Assembly (NCBI GenBank): GCA_013239625.1
Contig: MU054323.1
Coordinates: 9,165,220 to 9,229,219 of the forward strand
Source: Lama guanicoe
Lineage: Eukaryota
DNA length: 64,000 nucleotides
Reading direction: 5' to 3'
Shown here piece by piece: positions 39,501 to 54,220 of this stretch. The notes under the pieces were generated by a model. It saw only the letters and a list, made by a program, of their open reading frames with translations, did not search any database and was not told where the DNA came from. The translations under genes were made by a program, and so were the position numbers. Each line of letters starts with the position of its first letter. The first letter of the stretch is position 1.

Positions 39501-41839
39501 CAGTTGTATCTCAAGCAGCAATCTAAGGAAAAATCCTCCAAAACCACCTAACAACCTAAAATACATCGATGGCACATTTATCCCATTATCCGGCAGTTCC
39601 AGATATGCTCATCTAGCAGATGCTACATCTTTGCGTCATCTCTTAAATAGAAGAATTTGAGAATGAAAAAACCTTTCTTCCATCTTTAGAAAGCACCTTT
39701 CACCAAAGGGAAAGGGCATCCTTTAATGACACTTGAGAATCTGTTAATTCTCCCCCCACCCTTCTCCACTCTTCCATTCCATCTCCCATTCTCCATTTTT
39801 ACCTCTACTTCATTATCTGTTTCCACTACAGTTCACTCTTTTACTTGTTTTTTCTCTTCTCCCTGTCCTCCCCTGTTCCCTACCAGTTTTCCACTTATTC
39901 TTTTTTGTACCCTGCCCTTTGTTCTGTTCATATTCACTCAAATTTTTTTTTATAAGAAAAGCATATATTGAGCACCTAGTAAGTGTGAGGCTCTGTGGAG
40001 GCACAAATATAAATAAAACCAATATTATGAAAACCAGTAAGAGAAAGATAAAAACTGCTAGTTCATTGCCTTGAGAATCTGAGCCACTGGAGCATGCCAA
40101 GATAAATACTCTTCAGTCCTTTCCTGTAAGGAGCAGAAATTGAGATTGGGATTTAGATACATAGGCTATAAATGATATAAAATATAAAACAGAGTGCAGA
40201 GAATAGGGAGTGCATCCACGTAGAACTCATTTTGGGTCAAGGAATGAAAATGGTGGCCTAGAAAGCTACAGGAAAATTTTTTTGAACAAATTAAAAGTGT
40301 TTATTATAAAAGTTGCCTTTTCTAAAATTATTTTGTACATTAAATGCATAGAAATAGTATGTAAGTGGGCCTTGCTGCTGGGGGTTTCTTATAACATTTT
40401 TTAATGTAAAAATTACCGGTATTCCCATAGTTGGAATAGGAATCCGTCCAGGACATTTATGTAGTTTGTTTTGACTTTGACATGTCCTTAGAGTGCACTT
40501 GTCTTCTCCAGCTCCACTTGCTCACATGTACTACATATGCAGTAGTTATCAGGTGCCTCCTGTGTGCTGGTGGGTATGCTGCTGAAAGCTAAAGGATTCA
40601 AGGTTTAATGTTCTCTAGTTCATTAAAGCACTTTTGTTCTAGCAGAGTATCTGTCTCTTTGGTTTTGACCCTATTTGAGGACACTTGCAGGTACATATTT
40701 TTCCTTCCTCTCTCTTGATCAGATCCAACTCATTCTTTTGAGGCCAGTTGTATTGCAGTGAACCTTCCGTGGTTACTCCTGCTAAAAGTGGTTTCTCTGC
40801 TCTCTCAACTTCTATTGTGCTCATTTTCTTTAACCACTAATTTGGCAATTAATCATGTTAATTGCTTTGTGACTTGTATCTATTGTTGTCTTGAATTCTT
40901 ATTTAAATTGTGCCTTGTTTGACTTTCACAGGTTTGATTTTTGTCTTCTGATTACAGTTCAAGGTTCTTGAGAATAGACACTCCGTTCTGTGCCTTTTAT
41001 AGCAGTGATGTTTTTTGATTATGTACCTTAAGATAATTTGATTAGGAACCCCCAATACATGGTATTTATTTACTTATAAAAACATACTTGTATATTGTAA
41101 AATATACATAAAATGTATTAAAAAGAATGATATAAAAAGAAATAAACATTACTCTAAACATAACTTATATTGCTTATAATATGATATTTTCACTAGTCAT
41201 ACCTGAAAAAAGAAATCTGAAACAATATATAGATACTAATGGAAGAAACACAATGTTGGCTACATATACTATACCCTGAGACTAGTTTTCAATCCCATGC
41301 ACCAGTTACGTGAAAGATTTTGTTGAAAATTTGCTTGTGCCTGTATTATTGGTATTATTTTCTGGCCATAGATTCTTTGCAAGATTCTTTTTAAACTGCT
41401 TGTTCATTTCTAAAGGGCTTTAGTGTAGTTAAGATAAGACAGTGGATTCCTTTCATCCATGAAACATCACAGTATCACAGTATGCTGAAGGCAACTGAAT
41501 AATTGCAAGTACTACCATCAGCGCCTTGGGGTTGTGGAACTCGCATTCTTCCCTCAGGACACTTGAACAACTGCTGGAACTGAAAGAGGTGCTGGGGTCA
41601 ATCTGTATATTGTATATCGTAAGGATTAATTTCTCTCTCTCTCTCTCCACATGCACGAACACACACATGTACACACACATACTCTTTTCCCATAAGATTT
41701 TCTTCCTGCACCCCAGTCCATTGTCTTATATACTCACTCGAAGACAAGACCATTGCCCTGTTAGGTAAAACACTTTATATACCCATCACAGTAATGTTCA
41801 ACAAATACTTAAAAATTGATTTGAAACTCTGTACCTGCT

Positions 41840-42950
41840 AAACACTGTCTATGTCCTGTCTTCCCTCAGCCCCTGGCCACCATCGTCCTATTTTCTGTCT
41901 CTTTGAACTGGACTGCTTTATGTACCTCATATAGATGGACTCATATGGTATTTGCCCTTTTGTGATTGGCTTATTTCATTTAGCATAATGTCTTCACGGT
42001 TTATCCATGTTATAGCATGTGTCAAAATTTCCTTCCTTTTTTAAGGCTATTGAATAATATTCCACTATATGTATTTACTACATTTTGTTCCTCCGCCATC
42101 AGTCAGTGGACACTTGGGTTACTTCTACCCTTTGGCTATTGTCAATAATCCTATTAAATTTTTCTTCTTCAAGAGAATCTGGTCGATTCTTGGTTCTTGA
42201 CATTGCATTTACATTTTTGAATCTGCCTTTCAGGTTTCAGATCAACTTAAGGAGAACTGCCATCTTTTCATTATGTTTCTTTTAATCTATGAGCATAATA
42301 TCTGTGCTCATTTTTTGTTTACTTTTTTCTCAATGATAGCTTTCTACATAGAGCTCTTGTGCATCTTTTGTGACATTTATCTTTATGTATTTGATTGTTT
42401 GATGTTATTTTCAATGATATCTTTCTAAAAGTTTTTTTTTTAACTGATTGTTGGTGGTATATAGATATATGTATACAGTATACAGTTGATTTTTGTGTAT
42501 GTTCTTTGTCTAGCAACTTTACTAAACCCAGATTTTTTTCCAAGGATGCATATGAACATTTTAAAAGTTTTCTACATGCAGTCATATTATTTGCAAATAA
42601 GGATAGTTTTATTTCTTCCTTTCCAATATGAATACCTTTATTTCCCTATGCTACATACTCTGTAATAGCTAAGACCTCCAGTACAATGTTGAGTAAAATT
42701 GAGGATATCCTTGTCTTACTCTTTATGTCAAAGGGGAAAATTTAACATTTTGCTACTAAGTGCGATGTTCCTGTAGGTTTTTTGTAGATGACTTTTATCA
42801 TATTAAGGAAGTTTCTCTTTTATCCTCATTTGCAAAGAGTTTTTGAAACATGAATCGTTATTTAATTTTATCAAACACTCATCCTACACTTATTGAGATA
42901 ATGCTATTAATTTTTTCTTTTATTCTATTAACTGAGTGCATTACATGCAC
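41840..42950 (-). mobile_element. Old L1 fragments
   Basis: TGGCTTATTTCATTTAGCATAATGTCTTCA and AAGACCTCCAGTACAATGTTGA motifs. Confidence 0.7.
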
Positions 42951-44719
42951 ATATTAGAAAAGAAGAAAGGTTGAATGTTAATGATCTAAGCATCTGTCTC
43001 AAAAAATTAAAGGATTCCCCCCTCCTAGTTAACTGTTAAAAATAGTATTTGAGCCCGTCATTCCTACTGAAATCATATCGTAATTTAAGCCACATTTTTG
43101 TTATAGGAACACCTACTAACATTTAAAAATACTCCTTACGCTAAAGTAGAGTTGAAAATCTCTCATTTATAAATGGAGATATAGCATAGAAACTGAGAAT
43201 AACAGTTGATGCCACATGAACTGGCAAACACATTTTTTTGAATATTTTAATTTTATAAATTTTAAAGCATTCTGGGCTGAGTCACTTATTTTGGTAATGG
43301 CATTTTGGATTCCTATGCCAAGAATTAAACCTACCACTTTCTAGTAGGGCCCAGAAATAGATTTTAGGCTTTAGAGATGTAGAGGATGTACTTGGTATAT
43401 CAGGAACATCATATGTCATCAGGTAGGTAGTTCCATTCTCCTGGATAACGGTCTAAAAAATCAACCTCAGTGCAGTTTTTCTGCCTTCTCTTACCAATTC
43501 TAATTCATGAGCCTTCTTGTAGAAAGGCCTCAGACTTGACCTAGTGGGTTTTGATGTAGTCAACTAGATGGAACATTAATTCCCTTCCAAGACTGAGGGG
43601 TGAGTCTGTGAATCGAAAGGTCAAATGCCTTCACAGATAAAATGCCCATTTTATAGATTATTTAGATAGCTGTTAAGATATCCTACTTTAGTCTTCTAGC
43701 TTCTTTATTGCTGAATTTCAGTCTAGAAACCATGATAATTTTGAAACTGATTTAGTCTGAGTGGAATTGTTGATGTTGAATTTTATTCAGAGAAAATAAA
43801 TTCCACAAAATGAAAATGTGATCAATGTCAGCTAACAATAATTCACTCTAATTTATGACCTAATAGTTATTTAAGAGGCAGTTATTAGTCTTTAGCCTGT
43901 TTTTTTCATCGTGACCTGTTATTTTAGGTTGCCAAAACTGAAGACTTCCTTCTCAGCTGATGTTAAATATTGTTGGTTAAGCACAAACGTCATTATCAAG
44001 AAAACAGGAAGCTATTGTAGGAGAACATGCCAAATGGTGAATTAACAGTCAGAGTAAAGGAAACTGACGTAGACTCAGGGAAGGAACCCTAGACTCATCT
44101 ACTTTGTTCTTTTTAGATGGCTTGAAGAACAGAAGAAATCATTATCTTTCCCAGAAAGTGTGTCAAATAATAGGTTTAGCATTAAACTAGAAACCATATA
44201 TCCTGCATTGTCTTAAAAATGCTGATGTCTAAAAGGTTGTCGAATATCTTCTTATAACTTTGTTAATGAAGATTAATTCTTGGCTGTCACGCAAATCATA
44301 CAAAGTGTTGTGAAATTGCCTAACTTCCTCTTTATATTTTAATAATTTGAGTTTGATCTCAGTAATTAGGAAGAAGTCATAATTTAGAGGATTCAAATCC
44401 AAATTTATTTTTTACTACTTGTTTAAAGAGTTTGCTGAATAAATCAAGAGTGTCAACATTGTAGAGTCTGTTTAATCAAGTTATAAGGGCCTTGTTCCCT
44501 CTTCAGTATCATTGATTTATTTACATGTATACAGTTCTTATTACTAAGAAATCATTTTCTTTTATTTAAAGTATGTGTGGTAAAACACTTTTTGGCAACT
44601 TATTGTCAGCTTGTACTTTCCATTATTATAGGTACTTAATAAAAACACATTTGTTGAAAAGAGTTGTAATGCACATTTTTTTAAACTAATTCTGGTTGTT
44701 TCCCCTTTAATTATTGAGA

Positions 44720-44965
44720 GATGATTTAGTGTGGTGGTTAAGAAAATGGGCTCTGGAGCCAGACATCCTGGGTTTGGATCCCAGCTTTATCACTTACTAG
44801 CGAGTTACATAGCTTCTATTTGCCTTAGTTTCCTCATCTGTAAAATGGAGGTAATGGCACCTGTCTCTGAAGGTTGCTGTGGGCTTAAATGATTTAATCT
44901 CATTAAAGAACTTAGACTAGTGCCTGCCACATAGTAAATGCTCAACAAATGTTGGCTGTTGTTGT
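44720..44965 (+). mobile_element. MIR SINE (other MIR relics near 4190-4400, 18945-19170 and 39330-39450)
   Basis: AGTGTGGTGGTTAAG..GGCTCTGGAGCCAGAC and MIR core TTAGTTTCCTCATCTGTAAAATGG. Confidence 0.85.
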
Positions 44966-47429
44966 TCTTACTATTATTTATTGTGAAAATAGAGGGATTT
45001 TAGGTGATGGTTCTAAGTTTAAATTCTGGGTTGCATGTACAAATCTTCAAAAGGAGGACTTTCCACAAATAGTCACACTTTTACCTTTCTCAGAGTTGAG
45101 GATGAGAACATCTTTCCAATTCCAGTTGAACTGTCAATTTTTGTCAAGAAAAGAGCACAAGACTGAGTCAAGATTTATGCAAACCTTCCATTCAGCAGAC
45201 CTTTGTCTCCATACGTAGTTGGTGGAGTACCCACGTCCTGGTTGCAGTGTTGGGTGCTAGAGATGTAAAGATGATTTAAAGATGTTTAGGCCAGGGAGAC
45301 TAAGACGTGGCCAGAATGCCCTGGACGTCATTTCCAATCCTGGCATGCTCACTGAGTGTGCCTGTGAGACCCTCTGGCCTTCACTGTCGCCATATCTAAA
45401 ATGACAGTTTTTGAGTTTAATGATTTACAAGCATATGCTAAAATTTCATGAGTGCTGGGTGCTTAGCACTGTGCTAGATGCTGTACGAAGACATTTTTAA
45501 AAGTATAAGACAGTTCTGGGTACCAGGAATCTTATGATCTGGTAGGGAAAGGAAACCACAATTAGAAAATAGATCAATAATAATATTGAGAGTCATGTAG
45601 TGAGATGTAAAATAAGAGATCGTAGGGATGAGATTATGAGAAGGTTATGTGCTTAGCATTTTATTGTATCAATGGTTAGCTGCAATTTCTGTAATAAAGA
45701 ACCAGAGTAAACTGCCTAATTTGATGCTAACCTGAATTCCCACTTGATAATTCCGACTTGCATAATCTGTAGAAAGGGAGTTCAGCCTGCTTTGTTCTCC
45801 TACGTGTTAAACTTTAAAAGAATGCATTCTCAGTGTACTGAGGTAATTAGAATTTAGTGTGAAAGATACATTTTTAGGGCATAGTTCTGCATCCCAGAAC
45901 CCTTTTTACATTGTAATACTTTATATGATTTTGTTCTTGTCAGCTGCTGTATTCCCAGCACCTAGTACACTGCCTGACATATAGTAAGCACGCAGGAAAT
46001 ATAGCTGAGAGACAAATTGGAAATTACATTTGAATTGTCAGCAGTTTTTAAGTAATTTGAAATGTATTTTACTATTAAAAGATACTCAGTTTCGAATATT
46101 GTTTTTTTTAAACCTTAGATCTATTTATGTGGTAGGACAAGTTACCATTTTACAAATGTAATTTTAATGAAGTTGGTAGCTTTTTATTTAGTAGCTTTTT
46201 CATACTTGTGTAAGGAAATGTTCCTCTAGGTGAATGAGCTTTCGCACTGTGTTAGTTCTCTGTTACTGCATTTGACTGCACCTTCACGGGAGGCCTTAAA
46301 CACCAGAACTGCCCCACCAAGCCATTCCCAAATTCTAACCCATAAGAAACAGTGAGAAATGATAAATGTTAGAAACGTGAAGTTTTGTGATATCACAATA
46401 TAAAGTCTTTCATATACTTTATCTGAAGGCTGTTCATCAGTAAATCACCCTGCCTTCTCCTTCTGAAAAGGAGTGAAGCACTTTAGAAGAAAAAGATAAA
46501 TTAACCCATTAGAGTCTAGTTTCCTGAGTCAAATATAAAAAGAGTATATTTACTCTTAAAATATTTATATATTATAGAATAGTTCATGTTAATTATAAAA
46601 ATCAAAACAGTGCAGAAGGGTAATCAAAGGAAGTTCTAAAAAATCATCCCAAATCCTGCCGTATTTTGGTGGCTCTTCATCTGAAATGCTTATGTACATG
46701 GATGCACACACCCAGATCTCTCTCTTCCGTAAGTGGAATCATGCAATTCATATGTGTTTTTAAGTCTTTTTTAGCCCACACCCTTTTTTTTAAACACTTG
46801 TCCTCCTTGATTAACAGAAACACTAATGCCCTCCTTGAGTGTGATTTGAAATTTCATAGTAAAATTAAGTAGCATGACCAAAACCAGTTTTAGACAGAGG
46901 TAATTTAAAAGGGGAAACATTTCAGTTTAATCTTAAAAGGACCTTTACATAACATGACTTTGGCTTGTTTCCCATAAAACTATTAACCCTAGATAATATG
47001 GAAGACAGAGCATAACACATCTTTTAAATAATTTGCTCATTGGAGGAGGAGCTGAGAGCTATTTAGGAGAGTTCTGTTGATAGCATCTTAGCCTTTCTTC
47101 TGTTCCCTTGAACAGTTTAGTTCTTGGCCCCAAATGTGTGTATTCCTCTCAGCTAAACAGTAGACCTGCAGTTAATGGGAGGTGAGCCCTTTTAACCTGG
47201 GTATTCTCCTGTTTGGGAGTATTACCCCTGCCACAATTCCCACTTCAAGTAAGTGATCTTTCTAACAGCATACAAGACTGTCTCTAAGGTGAGTTTTTCT
47301 TCCATCTTTTCTTCTTTTTTGTGATGTTTCAGTGGCCCTTTTAGATAGGCTGGCCCACCCATTAACCTATCTGTTTCCATATAAAATTTGGCTATCATCT
47401 CATACTTTATACTCTTGACTTCTCTTCTT

Positions 47430-48150
47430 CCTAAACTGGACCCTGTTGAGTAAATCCCTCTGGACGGAGATCGCCACTGCTGTTTCCCTGGTCCAGGGGC
47501 CCAACATCTTTCTTGCCTGAAATGGACTCCTTTCTGGTCTCTTCGTTTCCATTTTACCTTTTTACCCCTTTCCATACAGTATACAGGGTGATCTTTTAAA
47601 AGCATTGGATATTACCGTTCTTAAAACCTGCTTTGTGCTTCAAATAAAACCTGAATTAATTGCTGCCGCTTCCGAGGCTCTGCGTGGTCCACCTTTGCTT
47701 CCCCCTTGTCCTGATCTTTTGCTGTTCTCTTCCTCAGTCACTCTATTCTAGCTGCGTTGCCCGGGCATATCAAGATTTCTTCCCCCAGAAATATCAGACT
47801 TGTTCCTGCCTTCACGCCTCTGCACCAGCTGTTTCCTCTGCCTGGAATGCTCTTCCCCAGAACTGTGCATGGTTGGCCTCTTCGCGTTATTCAGGCTTCA
47901 GATTTCACCTCCTCCAGAGGTCTTCCCAGTCTTCCACTCTAACGTGGCTCCTGTTTTCTTGCAGCTTCCTGTTTCATTTTCTGCATCACATTTAGCAATC
48001 TTTAGCCATCTTTATATGTTTGTCTTATATTTATCGTTTCTTCTTCCCTTGCCGGAATTTAAGTATCATGAGACTGTAGATCTTGTCTATCTCATCCACC
48101 CTGTATTCCTAACACATAGAACGATGCTCAGTAAATCTTATCTAAGTGAA
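47430..48150 (+). mobile_element. L2 fragment (others near 10720-11320, 26940-27590 and 33720-34190)
   Basis: GCTGTTTCCTCTGCCTGGAATGCTCTTCCCC and ATGCTCAGTAAAT motifs. Confidence 0.65.
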
Positions 48151-48957
48151 AAGAATCAGTGAGGGAATCACTCAGATGGAGAAATGTATTTTTTTACCCT
48201 CTGGGGTGGCTGGAACCAGCCGTTCAAGTAGTGAGGGAGGAAGGGCCAAGCACAAAAACACTTTCCTAGTCCTGGGTAAGGCATAAAGTGAATAACAGAA
48301 AGTGTGGCCCAACAGTGAATGTAACAATCTAGAAGCTCATTTCACATTGAAGAGGGACAAGCTATTCAAACAAATTAAAATCAGATTAATCCTGAGATTT
48401 CCTGTACTATTAATAACTTCAGTCATTAAGCTATGTAGGTAATTGGATCTTCAAGCCCCCCAAAAGACACTTGATTGAATGTTTTTTATCTTAAATCATT
48501 TAAAAACATTGTTGTTTGGATATGATGTAAGAGAAAAAATTCTTAGCATTGCTTGTAGAGTCATTTTGGCCATTAGAGACTGCTTTATATTTTGTAATGC
48601 TAAAATGGATGTGTTTTCCATAAATGATTTCAAAGAACTGCTATGTTGTGGGCTCGAAAAGGTTACAGTATAAGGTAAGTATTTTAATACCTTTAATAAA
48701 ATGCCCTGAAGAATTTTTTATATTGAAAGGTAAAGAATGTGTTCTTAAAAACCTGTGAGAAATTAAATTAGGTTACTCTGCCACAGTAGTGCAACTTTGT
48801 TGTTTACTTCATAAACAGATGTTTTTATTAACTCCTAAAGATAAAGAATAATCATCAGCCTAGTGATTTGTATTGAATACTTCAGAGTTAAAGTTTCTGT
48901 CTGTCTCTTTTCTTTTTCACATTCAAATAGTTTTGGGAAAAAGTAATAGTAAATCTA

Positions 48958-49300
48958 ATGCGAGGTCTGAGTTAGCTGTTTTTGAGCCAGCACCTCTCCA
49001 GTTTAGTGTCAGATGAGTGTTACCCTTCAAAGTGGCCAACTAGGGAAACTGCACATCTGTTCCAACAATGCTTCTGTTCCTTCAACTACTTTTGTAGGTT
49101 CTTTCTCAGAAATATTTCATAGCCAGTTTTGGAATTATGAAAGAAAATTAGCCTTCCTGCTCTATTTGGCAAATTAGAAACTTTACTTTTTTTTGTCTAA
49201 AAAGACGTACAACTTCCTCAACTGACTTCATATTAACTTTTTATTAATTTATGAAGCCGTGAGTGCTCTTATGACTCATAAGATCACGGGAGATATCTTA
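48958..49300. mobile_element. Probable MARNA (TcMar-Mariner) relic
   Basis: CCTTCAAAGTGGCCAACTAGGGAAACTGCACATCTGTTCCAACAATGC resembles the MARNA consensus as recalled. Confidence 0.5.
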
Positions 49301-49979
49301 TAAAGTAAATCTGTGTAAAGAGCACAGAACATTGTATAACTCTATGAAGTAATAGATTAAAAAAAAAACAACAAAAAGCAGGCTGTTGAGACCTGGGTGA
49401 CTAACTCACCCCCCTTATAAATTTGCATTTTATCTGAAACTGAGTGTAGCGCATTGTGCTCTCCTACAGATGTAAGTTATGGGGTGCCAACTCTAGAGGA
49501 AGCGCTTTATTTTTGGGGAAAGAGAGAAAACCATCTGGTACCAGAAAAAGGCCAAAAGTGGGCTCTTTTTAGTACTAACTGAGTGAAAACTTAGAGTCTA
49601 TATTTAAAATATGACCGTAAAACTACTCTTCTTTTACAATTCTTGGCACCAAAGACTACAGACCTGTTTTGGATCATATACCTGTTTTCAAAGTTGCGAT
49701 ACGCTTCTTTGAGAGAAGTAGTTGAAGCAGTGTTAGTATTTGTTGTTAGAAGGCAGATAGGTTTTACTGTTATTTAAATGAGTTTCTTTAGAGCAAGTCT
49801 TACTTTTGTTTTGTCTTGGCCTCCATGACTATTAAGAGCTTTTATTTTTTCCTATAAGCCAGGGTTTTAATCGTTTATCTGTAAGGATCACCTTTTATTT
49901 ACTTTATTAAATATCATAAATATGTGGGGTTTTACGAAACTCTTTTCATCTCTTTCTTTCTTTCTTTTTTCCCTCAAAG

Positions 49980-50056
49980 CTGCACGTCATTGACTCCTGG
50001 ACCCAACTGTGACCGATTTAAATTGCACATACCATATGCTGGAGAGACATTAAAAT
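49980..50056 (+). CDS. BABAM2: BABAM2 second coding exon (77 nt); not in the ORF track
   Basis: Long pyrimidine tract then AAG acceptor (AG 49978-79). Phase matches the previous exon (GG|C). Reads (G)[25 protein letters not shown](W), the BRE continuation; donor T|GTAAGT at 50057. Confidence 0.96.
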
Positions 50057-53000
50057 GTAAGTAAATGATGACTGTTTTACTGAAAATGTAGATTACAGTG
50101 CTAGCTTTTGGACGTTGTGCTTTAGTTGTATTTCTGGCTTTTAGGTATTATTTCTTAAGGTATTTTCATGAGGATTTACCACTTTTTGAAAATTTGTGCT
50201 TCAATCTTAATTCTAGTGAAACTAAGGTAATCGGCCAGGAATAAGTTGTGATCAAGTGTGCACGCACATGGTATGTTTTATAGCAAAGGTCAGAAATACA
50301 GATGGCTACAAGGCCAGACTGGTAGGTAACATGAATGAGGGAAGGGGGCTGGGTGTGGCAAATTGGGGCATTCCTGTTTCAGCTTGAAGGATTGCCCCTG
50401 CTGATTTATTGAGAGAAGATAAGCATCTGAATTTTTATATGAATTCTGTCAGTGTTAGATGTTGGCCACTCTTTCAGAATTACAAGCATTGTGGGCCAGC
50501 ATTATGCAGGCCAAACCAAATGTGTGTGTGGGCTGCCCTGAGCTCTTGGATCACTGGTTTGTGACTTTAGTGAATGTTTGCAATAGTTGTTGGATTTAGT
50601 CCACCATCTACACTGTTGGTCTCGGTCGCATCAGCCCTTCTCTGCCATTATTACCAGTGCTGAAGCTCTAGCCTAGAATGGAAATGATGATAGCTTTGGT
50701 TGGCTAGTATCTATAATCTCATCAGGAATTTTCTCTCTTAAACCTGTACTTGTGGTGTACGGGGTATGAAAGTCTCTCTATTCTTACAGAGAGAAATAAA
50801 GAACAAAGATGGTGAAGATAGGACAGATGAATGAACAGTGCCTTCGAGACCATGGACTGTGTGTTTTACCATCACAGGCCAGGAGAGGCCACACCTTCAT
50901 TTGCTGTAGAATCACTTTTTATTAATTTACCAAATGCAACATGAACTAAAAATGTGTGACATGCTGACTTATTAACTTTGCATTATTAGATCATTCTTTG
51001 GCAACCATTAAAACACAAAAGAATTTCACCTGGCTGAGGTAGTAGGACAGATTAGATTGCTACTATTTAAAAAAATTATTAACTAAATTTAAATGAAATG
51101 ATCAAAAGTAAGTCATTCACATAGTTAGAAATAGAAATAATTCAGTTTTTTATGCATGAAAGCAGTAGTCCTCTGTCCCATTGCTCCTCAGTCCTAGTCC
51201 TGTTTCTCAAGGCAACCGCTTAAAAATTGTTAAAATTGTTTAAGTGTTTAGTTCTTCTTGGGATGATCTCCATATGTCTAAGTAATCTGCTTATGCCTCT
51301 TGTTTCTTGACTTATCAGTTTTAGATGTTATCATTTGACTTCCTGCTCTGATACATATGGCATCAGCCTATTTTCACTTCACCCTTTATCTCTCTCTTCT
51401 CCTTTTCTTTAATGCAATTATATAGCCACTGTTAGTTCCTGTTCCTGGTCAGCTTGTAGCTTTAAATTTTTTCTTTTCTTTTCTTTCTTTCTTTTTTTTT
51501 TTTGAAGGGTTATTTTAAGTGTGGTAAATATGCTTAAAATATTTCTATAGTTAAGTGAACAACCCCTAAAAATTCTTAGTAAGTGCTTGGCACACGGTTA
51601 CCACTTAGTCAAAATCTCTATGCAATAGTGATGAGTACTTAGTATGCTTTTGTTTAGTTTCCCAGTAACCATGGATAGTGTCTTTTGGCTTCCTACTCTG
51701 TAAGATGAAGGTATTAGCCCCCGCCCTTCCTTCCATTCCTCTTTCTTTGCCTCCCAGCTTTGGTTTTCTGTTACTTTCCTTTTGCATTGTCAAGATCAAT
51801 AACTTGTTGCCTGTTCTAAATCTATAATTGCTGTCCATGCTTTGTCTATAAATTGCTTGAATGATTATCCTGCGTACCTGCTCCTGTAGTTATCACTGTG
51901 GGCTTTACTTTTTACTATCCTCTTGGATTTGGCCTTGTAGTGTAGAAACTATGTCTTGAAGAGCCTGTGTTTTTAGAATTCTTTCTTGGTAAACAGGTTA
52001 TCCTGTTATCTTGCTGGAAAAACAGTCTCAAACAGCCTGCTGGGATGCCACTCTCCTCTCCATCCTTCTACCTTTCCTGTAGCCTTGCTGAAGCTTGTAT
52101 TACCACGGTCATAATTAGGTATCTTAATTTCTAAGAACTCTTTCTCTAGAGCTCTGTTCCTCTTTCATAACATCTTGTTCTTACTTTATGAATACAGTAT
52201 ATAAAAAAGCTTTAAAAGACTATAGAGTTTTGTTGTTTTTTAAAGTTTTTTTTTCTGTTTTCTGAATTATTTTGATTTTTCCCTAGGGATTATATTTTTG
52301 TTTATCATCTTTTTTTAACCACTGTGATTCTATAGCCTTTCCTCAAATAAAAAGTGGTTATTGGTTGTCCATTTATATTTGAAACACATGATAAAACTCT
52401 GATTGGGACTTCTGTATAGGCAAGGCTAATTGAGTATGTGGGTTTTAATGGTGGGCAAGCTGAGTGACCCCTATGTATTATGTTTTGGAGTTCAGCTGAT
52501 CTAGCTCTCCCCCAAATAGTGTATTCTATTTTTTAAGAAAAGCCCCTGTATTTTTTTCCTGGGATACACATCTGACCACCATGCCATTGTAGAGGGATGG
52601 ATATATAGATTATAGCACATGGAGATTTTAGTTGATCTCCCTGTTCGTAGCCCCATGTCTCATTCTTGCCTCCTCACACCGGATGACTACAAGTTTTTAT
52701 GGGTTTCCAGAACAGATGGCTTCCTCCTCATCAGTAGCCTCTTCCTCACTTTACTGCAACCAAAGCTTTCTCTGCCCTATCTCATCAAGTACTACTCCCC
52801 CATCTGGATTCTGTCTTCTAGGAATTTGTGGAAATGTCTCATCTACTGATTTGCCACTGTTTTCCCTTCCTCTTTATTCTCCTGTTTTGGATTTTTATCT
52901 TTCTATTCTTTCACTATTATTGAATGGGAGGTGGGTCTTAGAAGAGAGAAGAAATAAAAGTTTGTGGTCAGTTCAGTCTTGAGCCAGAAATAATGTGACT

Positions 53001-54061
53001 TCACACGGATCCTTCTAACCGTATGAGTTTATGTTAGGAAGCATTTACTGATATCCTGTACCCTCTCAATACTGTAAGATTTTCATGGGAAGCCTCTTAA
53101 TAACATTGGTGATTAGGGTATTTGAACTGGGATTTACCATACAAGTTAGTTATGTCCTATAAAATTATCGCTTGATATCATCATTATGTGTTAGGGACTT
53201 AATTTAGTCTGAAGAATGCTCTATAATAATTGACTAATAAATAAACTTTGTATGCTGAGATTCTTGCACATTAAGGTGAGTCAAGATTATAGCCTTAAGC
53301 AGCCCATAGCCAAATAGAAGGAAAAGGCAATTGATTATGGAAACTATATTTACCAAAGTTCATTGAATTGGAAGAATGAGATTTTTGGTTTTTTTTTTCC
53401 TCTTCTGAAATTCCTGACATTATCCTTTCTTAAGGCTGTTGGCCATATGATTAACTTTAGTTTTGGAACCAAGTTATAGCAGGGGGTGCCGAGCCATGGA
53501 AAGATTTGATTAATGGACTAGAGGAAAGTCGTATGTACAAATTCCTTCTAGGCTTTGGAAAGAGATAGTGTTTAGGGTGCCATTTCACCCTTTGCTTTAA
53601 AAAATTATCTGAAAAACTGTCAAATTCTTACCTTTGAAGTACCCCAGTGCTTCAATATTGGAGGCCAAACGATAAACTTCTTTAGATTTCCAGATAGAAA
53701 TTGCTTTAAAATATCTATTGAAATGTGATAGAATCATCAAAAATAAATGAAATTGACTACAGAAATTACAAAACATGAGTCATTCTTCTCTGACTATAAA
53801 AATTGAAGAATTTACATAAGGAAATCAAAACAAAAACCTTTTGAACACATAGTTAACACTCAAGTGAAGATCAGTTGAACCATCTTTACTGGACTATTGT
53901 TCTATGCACCTGCCCACCTAAATTTGTTCTTGTCAGTAATTATATAGCGAGGTTGTTTTGCTTTTCTTAATTTGTATGATATTTAGGCCATGGCTATTTG
54001 AAGTTTCTTTCTTTGTAATTGTACTTATTTATTTCAAAATTAAATCTGTTTACAGTATTTA

Positions 54062-54220
54062 TACAGTTATCCATTGGTATCCATGGGGGTTTGTTCCAGG
54101 AGCCCCTGCAGATACCAAAATCTAATCCAGATACTCAAGACCCTTAAATAAAATGGCGTAATACCATCGGTCCTCTGTCCCCAAGGGTTTCACATCTATG
54201 GATATGGAAGGCCGACTATA
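54062..54220. mobile_element. MER2/Tigger3-like MITE
   Basis: TACAGTTATCCATTGGTATCCATGGGGG..TTCCAGGA..GATACCAAAATC start and GGATATGGAAGGCCGACTATA end. Confidence 0.65.

Noticed and set aside
47222..48162. Cluster of 111-127 aa ORFs
   Set aside because: Overlap an L2 relic; no recognisable homology or convincing splice structure.
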